A stretch of 64,000 nt of DNA, from IMG/VR virus record IMGVR_UViG_3300045993_001028; one strand, given 5' to 3'. The notes below the pieces were generated by a model that had not been told where the DNA came from, did no database searches, and saw nothing but the letters and a program-made list of their open reading frames with translations. Position 1 is the first letter of the stretch. Each line of letters starts with the position of its first letter. Both the position numbers and the translations under genes were made by a program. Origin of the DNA: a virus. Below are positions 1 through 17,189 of the stretch, piece by piece.

Positions 1-562
1 CGTCGCTCGGGCCGAAGGCGTGCGCGAACGCGCGCACCAGGCCCAGCGGGTTCTTCCGCAGCGTCCAGGCGCCGATCCAGTAGAACCGGAACGGCTGGTC
101 GGAGGGCGGCGTCACGGGCATCCTGGGCACCGTGTCGTCGTAGGGGATCGGCACGACATGGACCGGCACCGGGCAGCGGGGCGCCAGCACCTCGCGGTTG
201 GCCCTGGATGGCACCAAGACGGCGTCGAACGGCGCGAAGGCGCCGCTGACCTGCAGCGGCACCGTGAGGCCCTCCCACGTCGTGTAGGCGACGATCCTGT
301 CGGGCTCGCCCGTGAACCCCTGGCTGACGATCTCGAGCGCCTTGGCGCAGTCCAGGGGCAGCGTGCAGATGATGACCACGTCGCCAGCACCGGGCGGCGC
401 GGTGGGGCGGGCGTCGTCGACCGGCCCGCGGCCGATCGGGATCGACACCACGCGGGGCGCGCCGCTCTGGCGCGCCGCTCCATCCCCGAGCGCGTCCCGC
501 AGCCGCCGCCCGAGCTCACCGTAGCCGGTGTCCTGGTTGACGTGCGAGTACAGGTAGATCAC
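1..562 (-). CDS. GT-B (GT4-like) glycosyltransferase, 3' truncated by window edge
   Basis: Own translation from GTG562 (overlaps upstream stop): MIYLYSHVNQDTGYG...AYTTWE...FDAVLVPSRAN...FRFYWIGAWTLRKNPLGLVRAF; not in the ORF track. Confidence 0.8.
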   Translation of the reverse strand, partial: MIYLYSHVNQDTGYGELGRRLRDALGDGAARQSGAPRVVSIPIGRGPVDDARPTAPPGAGDVVIICTLPLDCAKALEIVSQGFTGEPDRIVAYTTWEGLTVPLQVSGAFAPFDAVLVPSRANREVLAPRCPVPVHVVPIPYDDTVPRMPVTPPSDQPFRFYWIGAWTLRKNPLGLVRAFAHAFGPSD

Positions 563-990
563 GCCGCCACCAGCGACGACTCGGTGATCGGCATCATCGC
601 GATCTCGAGCACGTTGTCGATCCGCTCCGCGTCCGCGGTCGTCAGCGTGTAGACCATCTGGTACCGGTCGAGGGCGCGGCGTAGGTCGTTCGCCGGGAAC
701 TTCAGGTGCGCGTCGGCGACGAGCAGCGCGACGTTGCCCAGGCCAAACGACGAGTGGATCTTCAGCAGATCATCCGGCGTGCCGCAGACGAAGTTGACGT
801 ACTCGCCCAGCATCGGCGTGGTCGTCAACGGCGCGTGCCGCTGCCAGTCCCCGCTCTTCCCGTCGAAGAGCGCAAACTGGTTCAGCGAGACGAGGCGCAC
901 GCTGTGCCGCTCCGCGAGGTAGTCGCAGAACGCCAAGCCCGCACGCCCGAGCTCGGAGTCGTCGGTGTAGCAGAACAGGCGGATGTGCAT
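559..990 (-). CDS. Hypothetical protein, possibly a glycosyltransferase-like N-terminal half
   Basis: ORF with good codon bias (MHIRLFCYTDDSELGRAG...), coupled to the GT gene; start chosen at ATG990. Confidence 0.55.
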   Translation of the reverse strand: MHIRLFCYTDDSELGRAGLAFCDYLAERHSVRLVSLNQFALFDGKSGDWQRHAPLTTTPMLGEYVNFVCGTPDDLLKIHSSFGLGNVALLVADAHLKFPANDLRRALDRYQMVYTLTTADAERIDNVLEIAMMPITESSLVAA

Positions 991-1023
991 GCGCTGCAAC
1001 ATCCGACAGCCTGCCCGACAATG

Positions 1024-1182
1024 TCAAGCACGTCGCGAGCGAAGCAGCAGCCAGCCGGCAAGCAGCGCGAGCGCCGCCCACTGCAGCTTCGACGGGCCGA
1101 GCGTCTGGTCGAGCGCGGCGTCGCCGACGTACATGAGCGAGGTGACACCCCCGCCCGCCGGCTGCGTGTACCGGACCTGCAT
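1024..1182 (-). CDS. 52-aa membrane protein with YVGD motif and C-terminal TM + RSRR
   Basis: Own translation MQVRYTQPAGGGVTSLMYVGDAALDQTLGPSKLQWAALALLAGWLLLRSRRA; fills the gap between neighbours; below ORF-track cutoff. Confidence 0.7.
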   Translation of the reverse strand: MQVRYTQPAGGGVTSLMYVGDAALDQTLGPSKLQWAALALLAGWLLLRSRRA

Positions 1183-1185
1183 CGA

Positions 1186-1557
1186 TCAGAGGAACCCGAT
1201 CTCGGCCTCGGCCTGGAACACGAGCGAGGTCAGGGCGCTCGCGAGGCCGGTGAGGAAGTCCGTGCTGTCGAGCCGGAGCTGCCCGTACCAGGGGAACGAG
1301 GAGTTCGCGGCGACGCTCTGCGCGGTGCCGATGACCTCGGTACCGGCCGCCGAACCGCCGGTGGTACCGACGTACAACGAAAACGTCACCGCGCCGGCGG
1401 TCTTGTTCACGATGTTGATGTGCCTGACGATCAAATACGGCTGCGTCGCGGTGAAGCCGGTCGGGCCCGCCACCGAGGTGATCAGCGGGTTGATGATGTT
1501 CGTCGCCGCCGTGAGCATCGCGACGGGGCCAATGCGGATGATCTTGTTGCTCGCCAT
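1186..1557 (-). CDS. Small beta-rich virion structural protein
   Basis: 123 aa, alternating beta pattern (LIVRHINIVNKT..VTFSLY..LRLDSTDFL); GGAG SD upstream. Confidence 0.65.
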   Translation of the reverse strand: MASNKIIRIGPVAMLTAATNIINPLITSVAGPTGFTATQPYLIVRHINIVNKTAGAVTFSLYVGTTGGSAAGTEVIGTAQSVAANSSFPWYGQLRLDSTDFLTGLASALTSLVFQAEAEIGFL

Positions 1558-1581
1558 GACGTGTTCTCCTGGGTTCGCCCG

Positions 1582-1590
1582 ATGGTATCA
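1582..1590 (-). promoter_or_regulatory. Extended -10 promoter candidate TGaTACCAT
   Basis: TGn-TAnnnT in the intergenic gap upstream of 1557, followed by a GGAG SD. Confidence 0.45.
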
Positions 1591-1600
1591 GCTTTCCCGG

Positions 1601-2515
1601 TCACCAGCTTAGGATGATCACGATCCCGTTTCCGCCCTGCCCGCCGCGCCCGGCCGTCGTCCCGCACCCGCCGCCCCCGCCCCCGGCCCCGTAGGCCCCC
1701 GGACCGCCCGCCCCGCCGATGCTGGCGTTGCTAGCCGCGCCGCCGCAGCCGCCGAACATCATGAACGGCTGCCAGATCGCCAGCCCGCCGCAGCCGTCAA
1801 ACGAGCCCGCCGCAGCCGCGGCCGGGCGCTGTTCGCTCAGGTAGGTGTTCGCGGTCGCGTTGAAGCCGCCGCCGGCGACGTCGGCGGCGATCACGCCCGC
1901 GCCGCCCGCGCCGCCGGTCATGCGGGCGCCGGTCACGGGGAGCGTGATCGACACGCCCGCCGCCCCGCCGCCGCCGCCAGCCGCGCCGGCCTGGCCGCCG
2001 ATCCCATCAAAGAGGCCCAGGGGCGAAAAGGCGCACGTCGACGCCGCGACGGCCGCTGTGACAGTGCCGGCGGTGCCGGCCGCCCCGGACGACCCTGCGC
2101 CGCCCCCAGGGGCCCCGTTCGCGAGGGCCAGCAGGTTGTCGATGGTGGTGTCACTGTCGATGCTGACGTAACTCGGAATCCCCGAAAGGGCTGCGCTGCC
2201 GCCGGGGATCCCTCCGAAGCCCCCCACGCCGACCTGGACGTAGAGCACGTCGGGCAGGAAGATCGTCGGATAGGTTACCCTGGTCAGCCCGGCCGAGGCG
2301 CCGCCGCCGCCGCCGCCGCCGGTCGCCGCCGCGGCGCGCGTGAAGCCCGCGCCGCCACCCCCGCCGCCCCCGAGCACGATCGCCGACATCATGCTCACGC
2401 CGCGCGGCTTGCGCCACGTCTGCCACTGCAGGTTCGTGACCGACGCCGGCGCGGTGAACACCTGCACGTCGCCGCGGAGGAACTTGTTGGGTACGCCGAA
2501 GAAGTCGATCGTCAT
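1601..2515 (-). CDS. Glycine-rich domain protein (paralog 1)
   Basis: 304 aa; [19 protein letters not shown]...GGQGGNGIVIILSW, typical phage Gly-rich (polyglycine) domain. Confidence 0.85.
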   Translation of the reverse strand: MTIDFFGVPNKFLRGDVQVFTAPASVTNLQWQTWRKPRGVSMMSAIVLGGGGGGGAGFTRAAAATGGGGGGGASAGLTRVTYPTIFLPDVLYVQVGVGGFGGIPGGSAALSGIPSYVSIDSDTTIDNLLALANGAPGGGAGSSGAAGTAGTVTAAVAASTCAFSPLGLFDGIGGQAGAAGGGGGAAGVSITLPVTGARMTGGAGGAGVIAADVAGGGFNATANTYLSEQRPAAAAAGSFDGCGGLAIWQPFMMFGGCGGAASNASIGGAGGPGAYGAGGGGGGCGTTAGRGGQGGNGIVIILSW

Positions 2516-2519
2516 GAGG

Positions 2520-3434
<915 letters not shown>

Positions 3435-3438
3435 GAGG

Positions 3439-4356
<918 letters not shown>

Positions 4357-4359
4357 GCG

Positions 4360-4794
4360 TCAGTACTTGCCGGCGATCGGCGTGCAGACCCACCCCGCCG
4401 CCACCGCGGTGCCGAGGCCGACGTAGATGCGGAACCCGGCGGGGATCGCGAACCCGAGCGGGTAGTCGATCTCGACGGTCGCCGCCGTCGCGATGGCGGT
4501 CGTCGCCGGGAGGCTGATCTCCCCGTAGAAAGTGTTGTTCGCCGCGGTGGTGTTGATCGACCCGTTGTTCAGGTAGATGCGCATCACCGACGCGACGTTG
4601 GTGCCGCCGGCCTTTAATCGGAGACGCTCGATGAACGACCCGTTGGTCGCGTCCGCGGTGAAGACGAGCGAGTTGTTCGCGCTGATGCCGGTGTAGTCGG
4701 CGGCGGCCAGCAGGATGAGCTGGTTCATGCCCGTCGTCCCGTTGTTCGAGACGTCGCCGATCTTCGAGTAGATGGGTGCGGTGTTGCCTGCCAT
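4360..4794 (-). CDS. Beta-rich virion/fibre-associated protein
   Basis: 144 aa MAGNTAPIYSKIG...EISLPATT...LGFAIPAGFRIYVGLG; type usually seen beside phage Gly-rich genes. Confidence 0.7.
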   Translation of the reverse strand: MAGNTAPIYSKIGDVSNNGTTGMNQLILLAAADYTGISANNSLVFTADATNGSFIERLRLKAGGTNVASVMRIYLNNGSINTTAANNTFYGEISLPATTAIATAATVEIDYPLGFAIPAGFRIYVGLGTAVAAGWVCTPIAGKY

Positions 4795-4801
4795 GGTGCC
4801 C

Positions 4802-5127
4802 TCAGGGAAGCGCGAAACCCTTGGTCAGCGCAAGGATCTCGCCGATCGAACCCGGCCCGGTGGGCCCGGTGGGCCCGGCAGGCCCGTCGGCGCCGGTGGC
4901 GCCGGTCGGGCCCGTCGCGCCCGTCGCGCCGCCGCCACTGCCCAGCAGCGTCCACGCGGTCGGGCCGGTGCCGCTCTTGACGTAGACGGCTCCGACGCCG
5001 GTGTACGACGTCGGCGACGACGGGACGTTCGTCTTCTGGTAGAGCATCCCCTTGGGCGCCTGGATCGACGTGACCGTCGGGTCGTCGTCGCCTTGGAGGG
5101 CCCAGTTCCAGTTGCTGTGCCAGTAGC

Positions 5128-5131
<4 letters not shown>
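4802..5131 (-). CDS. Short collagen-containing fibre protein (109 aa)
   Basis: True start ATG5131 (ATGA overlap): [19 protein letters not shown]...[10 protein letters not shown]. Confidence 0.8.
5076..5119. repeat. 44-bp exact direct repeat, copy 1 (copy 2 at 6806-6849)
   Basis: gtcgggtcgtcgtcgccttggagggcccagttccagttgctgtg at both sites; encodes [15 protein letters not shown]. Confidence 0.9.
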
Positions 5132-6861
<1,730 letters not shown>

Positions 6862-6865
6862 GGCA

Positions 6866-11107
<4,242 letters not shown>

Positions 11108-11116
11108 GCCGCCATA

Positions 11117-12484
11117 CTACCCGATCGGCCCGTAGCTGGGGCTGATCGCGATGACGGTCCCGGGCGTTCCCGGGAACCCGGTCGCGCCGACGTCCGCGCC
11201 GCGCCCGCCGCCGCCTCCTCCGACGTCGATCACCGGCAGCATCGGGTCATCGGTGATGACGATGACGACGCCTCCCTGGCCGCCGCCGCCGCCGCCGCCC
11301 GCGACGGTCGCCGCGCCGCCGCCGCCGCCCGCGGCGCGGATCGACCGGTCGGCCGCCTCGATGTGCCGAGCGCAGATCACGAGCACGCCGCCGCCGCCGC
11401 CGCCCGCGCCCGGCACGCCGAGCCCGTCGGGTGACGCCGCGCCGCAGCCGCCGCCGGCGCCGCCCGAGATGACGCCGCCGAGCATCGACTCGACGGTGTA
11501 GCAGTCGACGCCGCCGAGGTCGCCGGCGCCGCCGCCGGCGTAGCCGTCGCCGACGCCCGCGGCGCTGTCGCCACCCTGGCCGCCGGCCGCGACCGCCCGC
11601 GACGGGAAGTGGCCCGCCGGCGAGCCGACCGCCAGGAAGCCGCCCGCGCCGCCCGCGAAGTGGTTGCCGCCCGCGGCGCCGGTGCCCGGCGTCTCGAGGT
11701 GCGCGTCGCCGCCGTCGTTGCAGATGACGCCGCCGGGCTCGACGACCAGATCCTCCGCGACGTGGATGCGGTAGCCGGCCGCCTTGATGACGTCGCCCGC
11801 CTTGACGGTCAGCCGCCGGTAGAAGACGTCGCGGTGCAGCGTGGCGCCGCCGCCGGAGGTCACGAGGTCGCCGTCGATGCCCGTGCCGTAGCTCGAGCGG
11901 TCGGCGGTGTCGTCAAGGCACGACAGGTGGACCTGCGGCAGGCCGGGGTTGATCGTCGGCACGCCCTGTCGCACGACGCGCGCGTACTTCGCGACGACGT
12001 TCCGGGTCGCGATGCCCGGCGCGTTGAAGCCGAAGCCGACCTGCGCCCAGACCTCGCCGTCGAGGCTGACCTCGATCTCGACGTTGCCGCGGAACTCGCC
12101 GCCGACGCACGCCGTCTTGGCGACGTCGAAGCGGTCGATCAGCACGGGCTCGCCGATGCCCGCCTCGGGCGTCACGGGGAGCTCGACGGCGATCACGCGC
12201 CCGGCCTGACCCGCAAGCCCGCACGCCGCCGCGCCGTTGCGCCAGCCGCTCACGGTGCAACGCATCCAGCGGAACGCGCCGTCGAACGTGGTCGTGCCCG
12301 GGGATGAGGTCGTCCACACCGTGGCCCAGTCGTCCGGGTCCGCCGGCTCGTTCGACACCTCGACGGTGATCGTCGCCTGGAACTTGCCGCTGACGACGAC
12401 GGTCTTGGTCGCGAGATCGGCGACGCTGACGGGCGCGCCGGCGCCGTTGCCGGTGGGGACGGGGAGGGTGCGGAAGATGTTCAT
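11117..12484 (-). CDS. Collagen-less paralog of the long fibre (N-terminal beta domains + Gly-rich domain)
   Basis: MNIFRTLPVPTGNGAG vs [17 protein letters not shown]; YGTGIDGDLVT motif shared. Confidence 0.85.
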   Translation of the reverse strand: MNIFRTLPVPTGNGAGAPVSVADLATKTVVVSGKFQATITVEVSNEPADPDDWATVWTTSSPGTTTFDGAFRWMRCTVSGWRNGAAACGLAGQAGRVIAVELPVTPEAGIGEPVLIDRFDVAKTACVGGEFRGNVEIEVSLDGEVWAQVGFGFNAPGIATRNVVAKYARVVRQGVPTINPGLPQVHLSCLDDTADRSSYGTGIDGDLVTSGGGATLHRDVFYRRLTVKAGDVIKAAGYRIHVAEDLVVEPGGVICNDGGDAHLETPGTGAAGGNHFAGGAGGFLAVGSPAGHFPSRAVAAGGQGGDSAAGVGDGYAGGGAGDLGGVDCYTVESMLGGVISGGAGGGCGAASPDGLGVPGAGGGGGGVLVICARHIEAADRSIRAAGGGGGAATVAGGGGGGGQGGVVIVITDDPMLPVIDVGGGGGGRGADVGATGFPGTPGTVIAISPSYGPIG

Positions 12485-13569
12485 GGCGTGGCTCCGAGGT
12501 AGAACGAGAGGTTCCGGTGCAGGCGAGGATCGTCCGGCCGGGCCGCGATGGCAAGCCTCGCTGCGGCGAGGCCTGCAGCGCGGACCGCGGCGTCCCTAGT
12601 CCGCTGGGCGAGGTAGAACGCGGAGATCGCGACGAGGTCGTGGGCCTTCCAGGCGTAGACCTCGTCGTCGATGAACAGGCCGCGCTTCGGCAGGGGGAGC
12701 GACGCGGCACGGCTGGCGAACAGGTAGCAGAGCGCGAGGTCGTCGACCTGGCGGTAGTGCTCCGCGATCTCGTAGAGCGGTTCCGCTCGGGTCGGGTCGA
12801 AGGCGTGCGCCTCGAGGTACGCCGCCATCACGGCGTGCCAGGGGTTCTCGAGCTTCGCCCGGCACCGGGCGACGCGCAGCTTGGCCTCGAACGTCTCCTG
12901 GTCCCAGCCGCCGGCCTCGACGCGGGCGGCGTAGTGGCCCTCGGCGCGCCCCCAGTTGTCCAGGCACTCGTAGGTCTGCGCCAGGTAGAACAGCGTGCGC
13001 GAGCGGTCGACACCCGCGTCCAGGTCTTCGTGGAGCAGCGCGAGGTCACGCTCCCAGCGGGCCCTGCTCGCCGCCGCGCTGCGTGCGCTGCGGGCCTGCG
13101 TGACGTAGACGCCGGGCAACATCGAGACGGCGTTCTCGCCGACGGGCCCGCAGACGTACTCGTGGACGCGCCCGCGGTAGCGCCACTTTGCGGCCGTCCG
13201 CAGCACGAGCGGGACATGCCACGACGTGTCGCCGCGCCGCTGCACGAGGTAGGCGTCGGACCTCGAGTCGATGCAGATCGGCCCCTCGGCGTGGACGCGG
13301 TCGTCGCTGTCGAGCATCAGCGAGAAGGTCGTCTGATCGCCGAGGAGGTCGAGCGCCCGGTTGCGCGCCGACGCGAAATCCTCGAACGGGCCCTCGTGGA
13401 GCTCGCCCGGCAGCTCGCCCAGCACGCCGCGGATGATCGCCTGCGTGCCGTCCGTCGATCCGGTGTCGAGGATGCACCACCGGTCGATGTGTGGGAGCGC
13501 GGAGCGCAGCGTCGCCTCGATCCCGTGCGCCTCGTTGCGCACGATCATCACCAGGCCCATGGTGCTCAT
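12481..13569 (-). CDS. GT2 glycosyltransferase with TPR-like C-terminus
   Basis: Start ATG13569: GLVMIVRNEA..ILDTGSTDGT..LDSDD..YRGRVHE..R.LFYLAQTY. Confidence 0.9.
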   Translation of the reverse strand: MSTMGLVMIVRNEAHGIEATLRSALPHIDRWCILDTGSTDGTQAIIRGVLGELPGELHEGPFEDFASARNRALDLLGDQTTFSLMLDSDDRVHAEGPICIDSRSDAYLVQRRGDTSWHVPLVLRTAAKWRYRGRVHEYVCGPVGENAVSMLPGVYVTQARSARSAAASRARWERDLALLHEDLDAGVDRSRTLFYLAQTYECLDNWGRAEGHYAARVEAGGWDQETFEAKLRVARCRAKLENPWHAVMAAYLEAHAFDPTRAEPLYEIAEHYRQVDDLALCYLFASRAASLPLPKRGLFIDDEVYAWKAHDLVAISAFYLAQRTRDAAVRAAGLAAARLAIAARPDDPRLHRNLSFYLGATP

Positions 13570-14387
13570 CGGGAGGTCCGGTACTTCCAGAAGGCGAACG
13601 CCGCGATGGCGGCGGCGGTCAGCAGGAGGAGGGTGGTCGCCGACGACTTGCCGAGCAGCACGCTGCGGACGGTGTCGAGGTCGGTCGCGGCGACGCCTTG
13701 GCTCATGTCCATCACGACGCTCATGTCGGTGCCGGGCCAGCCGGGCGCCGAGGTCGGGTAGCCGTACTTGGCGTCGGCGGGGTTGTAGTAGCGCCCGTCG
13801 CCGACGTACTGCCAGAGGCAGAACTCGCCCTGCCGCCACCCGGCCTTGCTCATGTCGAGGTGCGGGCTCCACATCGACGAGAACCCCATGCGATCGGTGA
13901 CGCCGAGGTCGCGGACAAGGGCGCCGGTGTAGAGGATCGGCGTGACGCCGAGCGCGGCGCGGATCTTCGCGCAGAAGTCAGACGAGACGTCGACGATCTG
14001 CTGCGCGCTCGACCAGGACGAGCCCTCGAGGTCCCACGCCGGCGGCATGTCGCCGGCGCTGTCCCAACCGCCGGCGCGGTCGAGCGCGGCGAGCAGGAAG
14101 TCGGCCTGCGCGGTGCCGTCGCCGGGGCGCCCGAAGTGGTAGCAGCCGCGGAACCACGAGTCCCCGTAGCGCCCGCCGCCGGCGTCGCGCAGGCGCGGCC
14201 AGTTGTTCGTGAACCACGCGGGCGCATACTTGACGCCCTCGGTCGCCTTCAGGATGCACCCGACCATGTTCGCCGAAGCGGCGAGGGTGTCGAAGCGCGG
14301 CGCGGCGCCGGTGTTGTCGAGCTCGTAGATGTCGGGGAGGAAGAAGGCGGGCTGCCCGACGTCGCCCAGGCCGCGCAGGTAGCTCAC
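13566..14387 (-). CDS. GH25-like muramidase with C-terminal membrane anchor
   Basis: KATEG, GCYHF, PPAWDLE, PILYTG, LWQY; N-term MSYLRGLGD; C-term LLLLTAAAIAAFAFWKYRTSR. Confidence 0.85.
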   Translation of the reverse strand: MSYLRGLGDVGQPAFFLPDIYELDNTGAAPRFDTLAASANMVGCILKATEGVKYAPAWFTNNWPRLRDAGGGRYGDSWFRGCYHFGRPGDGTAQADFLLAALDRAGGWDSAGDMPPAWDLEGSSWSSAQQIVDVSSDFCAKIRAALGVTPILYTGALVRDLGVTDRMGFSSMWSPHLDMSKAGWRQGEFCLWQYVGDGRYYNPADAKYGYPTSAPGWPGTDMSVVMDMSQGVAATDLDTVRSVLLGKSSATTLLLLTAAAIAAFAFWKYRTSR

Positions 14388-15202
14388 GGCTTGCTCGCCA
14401 GGAACCGCCGCATCCGCGCCATGTTCTCGTCGGAGAGCGGGTTGTTGTCGGGCGCGGGGTTGCGCCGAGCGCGGCGGCCCGGGTTCGGCTTCAGCTTGGC
14501 GACCTCGCGCTCGACCATGTCGTAGACGCGCTCCCGGTCGGGGTCACCCGGCTGGCAGAGCAGATCGTCGAGCACCGAGGTGGTGAGGGTGCCCGGCGAG
14601 TCCGGGTAGCGGTCGCGCTGGCTGCGCATCCGCGCAACCGACCAGGCGACCTCGCGCTCGGTGATCTCCGCGGGCTTGACGCCGCGCAGGGCGTCGTCGG
14701 GACGCCGGCGGGCGCGGTCGGGCGGGTTGCGGCGCGGCGCCGGGTTCGGGAGCGCGACGACGCTGCCGCCGTCCCAGGAGAACGACGTCCCGTCGAAGCT
14801 GACCTCGAAGTTCGGGATGCTGACATGGAACCGCGCGTGGTTGTCGAACCACGAAACGCCGGAGCCGAGCGCCATGCTGGCGAGCGCGGATCCGAAGTCG
14901 TCCATGTCGATGCCCTTGGCGCGGGCGCGGCGCCGCGAGCCCGCCGGGTGCGCGGTGTGCTCGTCCTCGGCCGCTGCCATCATCGCGAGCATGCTGATCT
15001 GGGTCCGGTTCGACTCCTCGATGAGCTCGACGAGCGCCCACGCCGCCTTGTAGGCCGCCGCCGGCGTCTTCGGCGCGATGTCGTCCCAGTCCTGGCCGCT
15101 CCTCGCTCGGGCGACGCCGGGCGTGTTCTCGGCGTACTCCATGTAGGCGTACAGCCAGAGCGTGCGAGCCATGCCGTCGATCCCGTTCCAGTTGCGCGCC
15201 AT
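14384..15202 (-). CDS. Hypothetical protein with multiple NP motifs in a basic C-terminal part
   Basis: 272 aa; PNPAPRRNPP, KPNPGRRARRNPAPDNNP. Confidence 0.75.
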   Translation of the reverse strand: MARNWNGIDGMARTLWLYAYMEYAENTPGVARARSGQDWDDIAPKTPAAAYKAAWALVELIEESNRTQISMLAMMAAAEDEHTAHPAGSRRRARAKGIDMDDFGSALASMALGSGVSWFDNHARFHVSIPNFEVSFDGTSFSWDGGSVVALPNPAPRRNPPDRARRRPDDALRGVKPAEITEREVAWSVARMRSQRDRYPDSPGTLTTSVLDDLLCQPGDPDRERVYDMVEREVAKLKPNPGRRARRNPAPDNNPLSDENMARMRRFLASKP

Positions 15203-15203
15203 G

Positions 15204-15638
15204 TCAGACCTCGCGGGCGATGTTGTTGTCGATGACCAGTTTGAGCCCGCAGAGGCCGAGGCCGAAGTCCATCCGGCGCCCCTTGCTCTCGAGCTCCCAC
15301 GGGCACTCGAACGCCTCGACGTTGAGCTGGCCGCCGTCCTCGACCTGCCGCCGCGGGTCGTACTCGATCCGCTTCCGGTCGCCGCGGATCGTCGACATGC
15401 GAGCGTCGTTGAGCGGGCCGCATCGGGGGCACATCCAGTGGACCTGCATGGGCTCGCCGGGGTGCTGGTACACCTCGACGAAGATCATGCGGTCCTTGTA
15501 CCGGACGCGCGGCTTGCCGAGGGCGTTCGCGGTGAGGGCGATGTCACCCTGGCGGGTGAGCGGCCCGTCGCCGCGGAGGGCCGGGTCATCTCCGGCCAGG
15601 TGCTCGAGTTCTTCGGTTAGGGGGTTCAGCGTTGCCAC
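15204..15638 (-). CDS. Hypothetical protein, possible Zn-binding
   Basis: CPRC ... CPW ... C; TAACGT 6 nt before the GTG. Confidence 0.7.
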   Translation of the reverse strand: MATLNPLTEELEHLAGDDPALRGDGPLTRQGDIALTANALGKPRVRYKDRMIFVEVYQHPGEPMQVHWMCPRCGPLNDARMSTIRGDRKRIEYDPRRQVEDGGQLNVEAFECPWELESKGRRMDFGLGLCGLKLVIDNNIAREV

Positions 15639-15647
15639 CCCCCGACG

Positions 15648-15947
15648 TTACTTCTTCCGCAGGGCGAAGACCAGCACACCCAGGACCGCGACGCCGCCGA
15701 TCAGCAGCACGGGGGTGCTGATCGGAGAGGCCGCCGCCTGGACGTAGGTCGTGTTCTGCGGCTGCTTGCCGAAGATCGACGTGAGGGCGGCGAGCCCCTC
15801 CTTGAGGTAGTCGGTCGCCGGCGAGGTCAGCGTCGCGTTCTTGTCGACGCACTGGCCCGGCGGCAGGTTGCCGTAGACGAGGTTGGCGTCCCACTTCTGG
15901 TTGGGGCCGCAGCTCGAGGAATCGCCAAGGGTTTTCGCGTACGACAT
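15648..15947 (-). CDS. Small virion membrane protein (MSY..LGD, C-terminal TM)
   Basis: MSYAKTLGD...VLLIGGVAVLGVLVFALRKK. Confidence 0.8.
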   Translation of the reverse strand: MSYAKTLGDSSSCGPNQKWDANLVYGNLPPGQCVDKNATLTSPATDYLKEGLAALTSIFGKQPQNTTYVQAAASPISTPVLLIGGVAVLGVLVFALRKK

Positions 15948-16564
15948 CACGACCTCCGCAGGAGCAGCAGGGCGCCCAGCGCGAGCGCCCCGTAGATGAG
16001 CAGGTTACCACCCGTGACGGTGACGTTGGCGTTCGGATCGACCACGGGCGTCACGTCGATCTGGTCGATGGGGCCGACGTCGACGGTCGGGTCGACGGTG
16101 TAGCCGCCGCCTGAACCGCCCGAGCTGCCGCCGCCCGAGCTGCCGCCGCCCGAGCTGCCGCCGCCCGAGTCCGGGTTCGAGCTCGGTTGCTTCATCTCCT
16201 CGCCGACGACGCTGCCCCGCGGCTTGACCGGGGCGGGGGTGCGCGTCTTGATCTCTGGCGCGGCGGCGCCGCGCGTGGGCACGCCGCCGCCTGGGCGGAC
16301 GATCACCGGGCCGCGCCCCGGCCCGCGCCCTGGCCCGCGCCCTGGCGGCACGGGCGGCTTCGGCCAGCTCGGGCCGGGGTTCTTCGGGACGCCGGGCTCG
16401 AGGCGCATCGCGCCGAGCGTCTGCGTGGCGAGGATCTGATCACGCGCGGCCATGAGGTGGAGCGCGCGAGCCATCGCGATACGACGTGCGGGCGTGACGG
16501 CGTCGATGGTTCGCACCGCGCCGACGCCGCGCGTGTGCGCGTTGGTGTCGCGCGCGTAGCTCAC
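15947..16564 (-). CDS. Virion membrane protein with Pro/Gly low-complexity linker
   Basis: MSY..RGVGA..TLGA; (PGRG)3, (GGGSS)3; LLIYGALALGALLLLRRS. Confidence 0.8.
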   Translation of the reverse strand: MSYARDTNAHTRGVGAVRTIDAVTPARRIAMARALHLMAARDQILATQTLGAMRLEPGVPKNPGPSWPKPPVPPGRGPGRGPGRGPVIVRPGGGVPTRGAAAPEIKTRTPAPVKPRGSVVGEEMKQPSSNPDSGGGSSGGGSSGGGSSGGSGGGYTVDPTVDVGPIDQIDVTPVVDPNANVTVTGGNLLIYGALALGALLLLRRS

Positions 16565-16803
16565 TTGAAGATGCTCCCGCCGATCGAGCCGAGGCCGGCG
16601 GTCGGACCGAACATCTGGGTCGCCCGCGGGTCGACGCCCGAGCCGGCGCCCTCGGCCATCGCGGCGGCGACGTTCGGAATCGGCACCGAGCCGCCGATCT
16701 TCTCCGCCACCGCGGCGACCGCCTTGGCGGCGATGAACTGGGTGTAGATGATGTAGGCGCCGGCCGCGACGGCCCCGTAGGTCAACAGCTTCTTGGTGTC
16801 CAT
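16561..16803 (-). CDS. Small membrane protein
   Basis: N-terminal hydrophobic segment; C-term AGLGSIGG. Confidence 0.75.
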   Translation of the reverse strand: MDTKKLLTYGAVAAGAYIIYTQFIAAKAVAAVAEKIGGSVPIPNVAAAMAEGAGSGVDPRATQMFGPTAGLGSIGGSIFK

Positions 16804-16804
16804 G

Positions 16805-17170
16805 TTACCTGCTCCTGTTGCCGACGAAGAAGCCGGCGATGAAGGGGACGGCGAACACGGCGACGACGCCCAAGGCGGCGATCGTCGGGTGCTCGTAGAC
16901 GTAGGCGGCGGCGCGCAGCGGGCGCAGCACCTGTTCGGCGCCGATGCCCGGCTGCCCCGGCGGGATCTGCGGGCAGACGGGGACCTGGACGGTCGGCGGC
17001 TTGCCGAACACGGACGACAGGAAGCCGCGGTTCTTCCGCAGGGCCATGATCTGGTCGACGTGGCAGAGCGCCTCGGGGAGGTACGGGTCGACGGACCCCG
17101 ACATCCGCTTCACCGTCGAGAGCGTGTCGCTCCAGAGGTCGCCCATCCCGTTGCGGTTCGTGTAGCTCAT
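16805..17170 (-). CDS. Virion membrane protein (MSY..GMGD, C-terminal TM)
   Basis: MSYTNRNGMGD...IAALGVVAVFAVPFIAGFFVGNRSR; GGAG SD. Confidence 0.8.
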   Translation of the reverse strand: MSYTNRNGMGDLWSDTLSTVKRMSGSVDPYLPEALCHVDQIMALRKNRGFLSSVFGKPPTVQVPVCPQIPPGQPGIGAEQVLRPLRAAAYVYEHPTIAALGVVAVFAVPFIAGFFVGNRSR

Positions 17171-17189
17171 GGTGTTCTCCTCATCCTGG

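Noticed and set aside
1017-1027. TTGACA-T-TGTC as a further copy of the 30699 operator/promoter
   Set aside because: Dyad spacer differs (1 vs 2 nt), the -10 is poor (GATGTT), and a few TTGACA are expected by chance in 64 kb
12481-13872. Longer ORF-track starts (also 19772-21001, 22368-23459, 23596-24351, 37495-39435, 43874-45310, 46774-47652)
   Set aside because: Extensions overlap neighbouring genes and lack codon bias; shorter starts at stop/start overlaps, SDs or -10 elements are better supported
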